From: Mobula hypostoma
Lineage: Eukaryota
Reading direction: 5' to 3'
Assembly (NCBI RefSeq): GCF_963921235.1
Contig: NC_086097.1
Span: forward strand, 250,978,001 to 251,042,000
DNA: 64,000 bases
The translations under genes were made by a program, and so were the position numbers. Under the pieces are notes generated by a model. That model saw nothing but the letters and a program-made list of their open reading frames with translations, made no database searches and had not been told where the DNA came from. The number at the start of each line of letters is the position of its first letter. The first letter of the stretch is position 1. This document shows, one piece after another, positions 62,801-64,000 of the stretch.

Positions 62801-63990
62801 TCCTTTCCAATAGTCTGCAGACTACCGATGTAAGACTCACCGGTCTATAGTTCCCAGGATTCTCCCTATTACCTTTTGTAAACAAGGGAACTACATTTGC
62901 CATTCTCCAATCCTCCGGCACTTCCCCTGCAGCCAAAGAGGATTCAAAGATCATAGCTACTGCTCCAACGATCTCTTCTCTCACTTTACACAGCAACCTG
63001 GGGTATATCACATCCAGCCCTGGGGACTTATCGATCTTGATGTTTTTAAGAAGATCCAATACTTCTTCTTCCTTAATCTCCACATTGTCCAGCACACAGA
63101 CCTGTTCTATTTCGACCTCACCCTGATCAAGGTCCTTTTCACTTGTGAATACTGAAGCAAAGTATTCACTTAGGACCTCCCCAACCTCTTCCGGCTCCAG
63201 GCACATGTTGCCTTCTTTATCCGTTAGCGGCCCCACCTTCATTCTTGTCATCCTTCTGTTCTTCACTTACGCATAGAACGCCTTGGGGTTCTCCTTAATC
63301 CTACATGCCAAGGCCTTCTCATGCCCCCTTTGAGCTCTCCTAAGTCCTTTCTTAAGCTCCTTCCTGGCTACCCTATATTTCTCATGAGCCCCTCCTGCTT
63401 CCTGCTTCTTATATCTAACATATGCTTCCTTCTTCCTCTTGACGAATTGCCTCACTTGTTTCATCAGCCATGGTTCCCTTTTCCTACCATTTTTTCCTTG
63501 TCTCAGTGGGACAAACCTGTCCTGAACCCAGCACAAGTGGTCCCTAAGCTTCCTCCACATTACCTCTGTGCTTTCACCCTTGAACATGTCTCCAATATAA
63601 TCTCGCTAGTTCCTGCCTCATCCCTTCATAGTTAGCCCTTCCCCAGTTAAGCACTTGCCCATTTTGTCTGTTTTTATCCTTTTCCATAGCTATGCTAAAG
63701 CTAAGGAAGTTGTGGTCACTCTCACCAAAATGCTCCCCCACCAAGAGGTCTGCCACCTGACCAGGTTCATTACCCAGAACTAGATCCAGTATGGCCTCTT
63801 CTCTCATTGTCCGGTCCACATACTGTGTAAGGAATCCTTCTTGAACACACCTGACAAATTCAGTCCCATTTATCCCCCTTGCAGTCAGGAGGTGCCAGTC
63901 AATATGAGGGAAGTTGAAATCACCCTGTATTTCCTGCACCATTCTAAAATCTGCATGCTTATCTGCTCCTCGGTGTCCCGAGGGCTATTT
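62797..63990 (-). mobile_element. CR1 ORF2 fragment (endonuclease end to pre-RT) of another subfamily
   Basis: GDFNFP, SDHN, ...NYRPVSLTSVVCRLLERII. Confidence 0.9.
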
Positions 63991-64000
63991 GGGGGCCTAT

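Noticed and set aside
1..64000. RAD54B exons, expected if this were the canonical FSBP locus
   Set aside because: No SNF2 helicase or RAD54B N-terminal peptide recognised on either strand; very short exons could have been missed.

Overview
Eukaryotic, transposon-dense vertebrate DNA. The repeat mix (abundant CR1 LINEs, Rex1/Babar, RTE, Penelope-like ends, V-SINE/HE1-like SINEs, Tigger and Tc1 non-autonomous elements) suggests a cartilaginous fish, probably a ray; this is an inference. Most of the window is nested, decayed transposable elements, including one complete but mutated CsRn1-clade Gypsy LTR retrotransposon (9337-13709). The one convincing host gene is on the minus strand with two coding exons (6859-6171 and 3801-3249) that splice in frame to about 413 aa. 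Exon 1 is a TIGD3-like pogo/Tigger DNA-binding region (HTH_psq plus CENP-B-type HTH) lacking the DDE core. Exon 2 resembles the C-terminal half of fibrinogen silencer-binding protein (FSBP). This looks like a chimeric transcription factor in which FSBP's Myb/SANT-like domain has been replaced by a domesticated transposase DNA-binding domain. Other notable signals are a -1 frameshift cassette in the Gypsy element, minimal hammerhead ribozyme motifs in Penelope-like ends (one in a 96-bp insertion with a 14-bp TSD), a partial HDV-like ribozyme fold in an RTE-associated repeat, and several inversion/palindrome junctions. All homology calls are from recognition of the sequence, not database searches, and TE boundaries are approximate.
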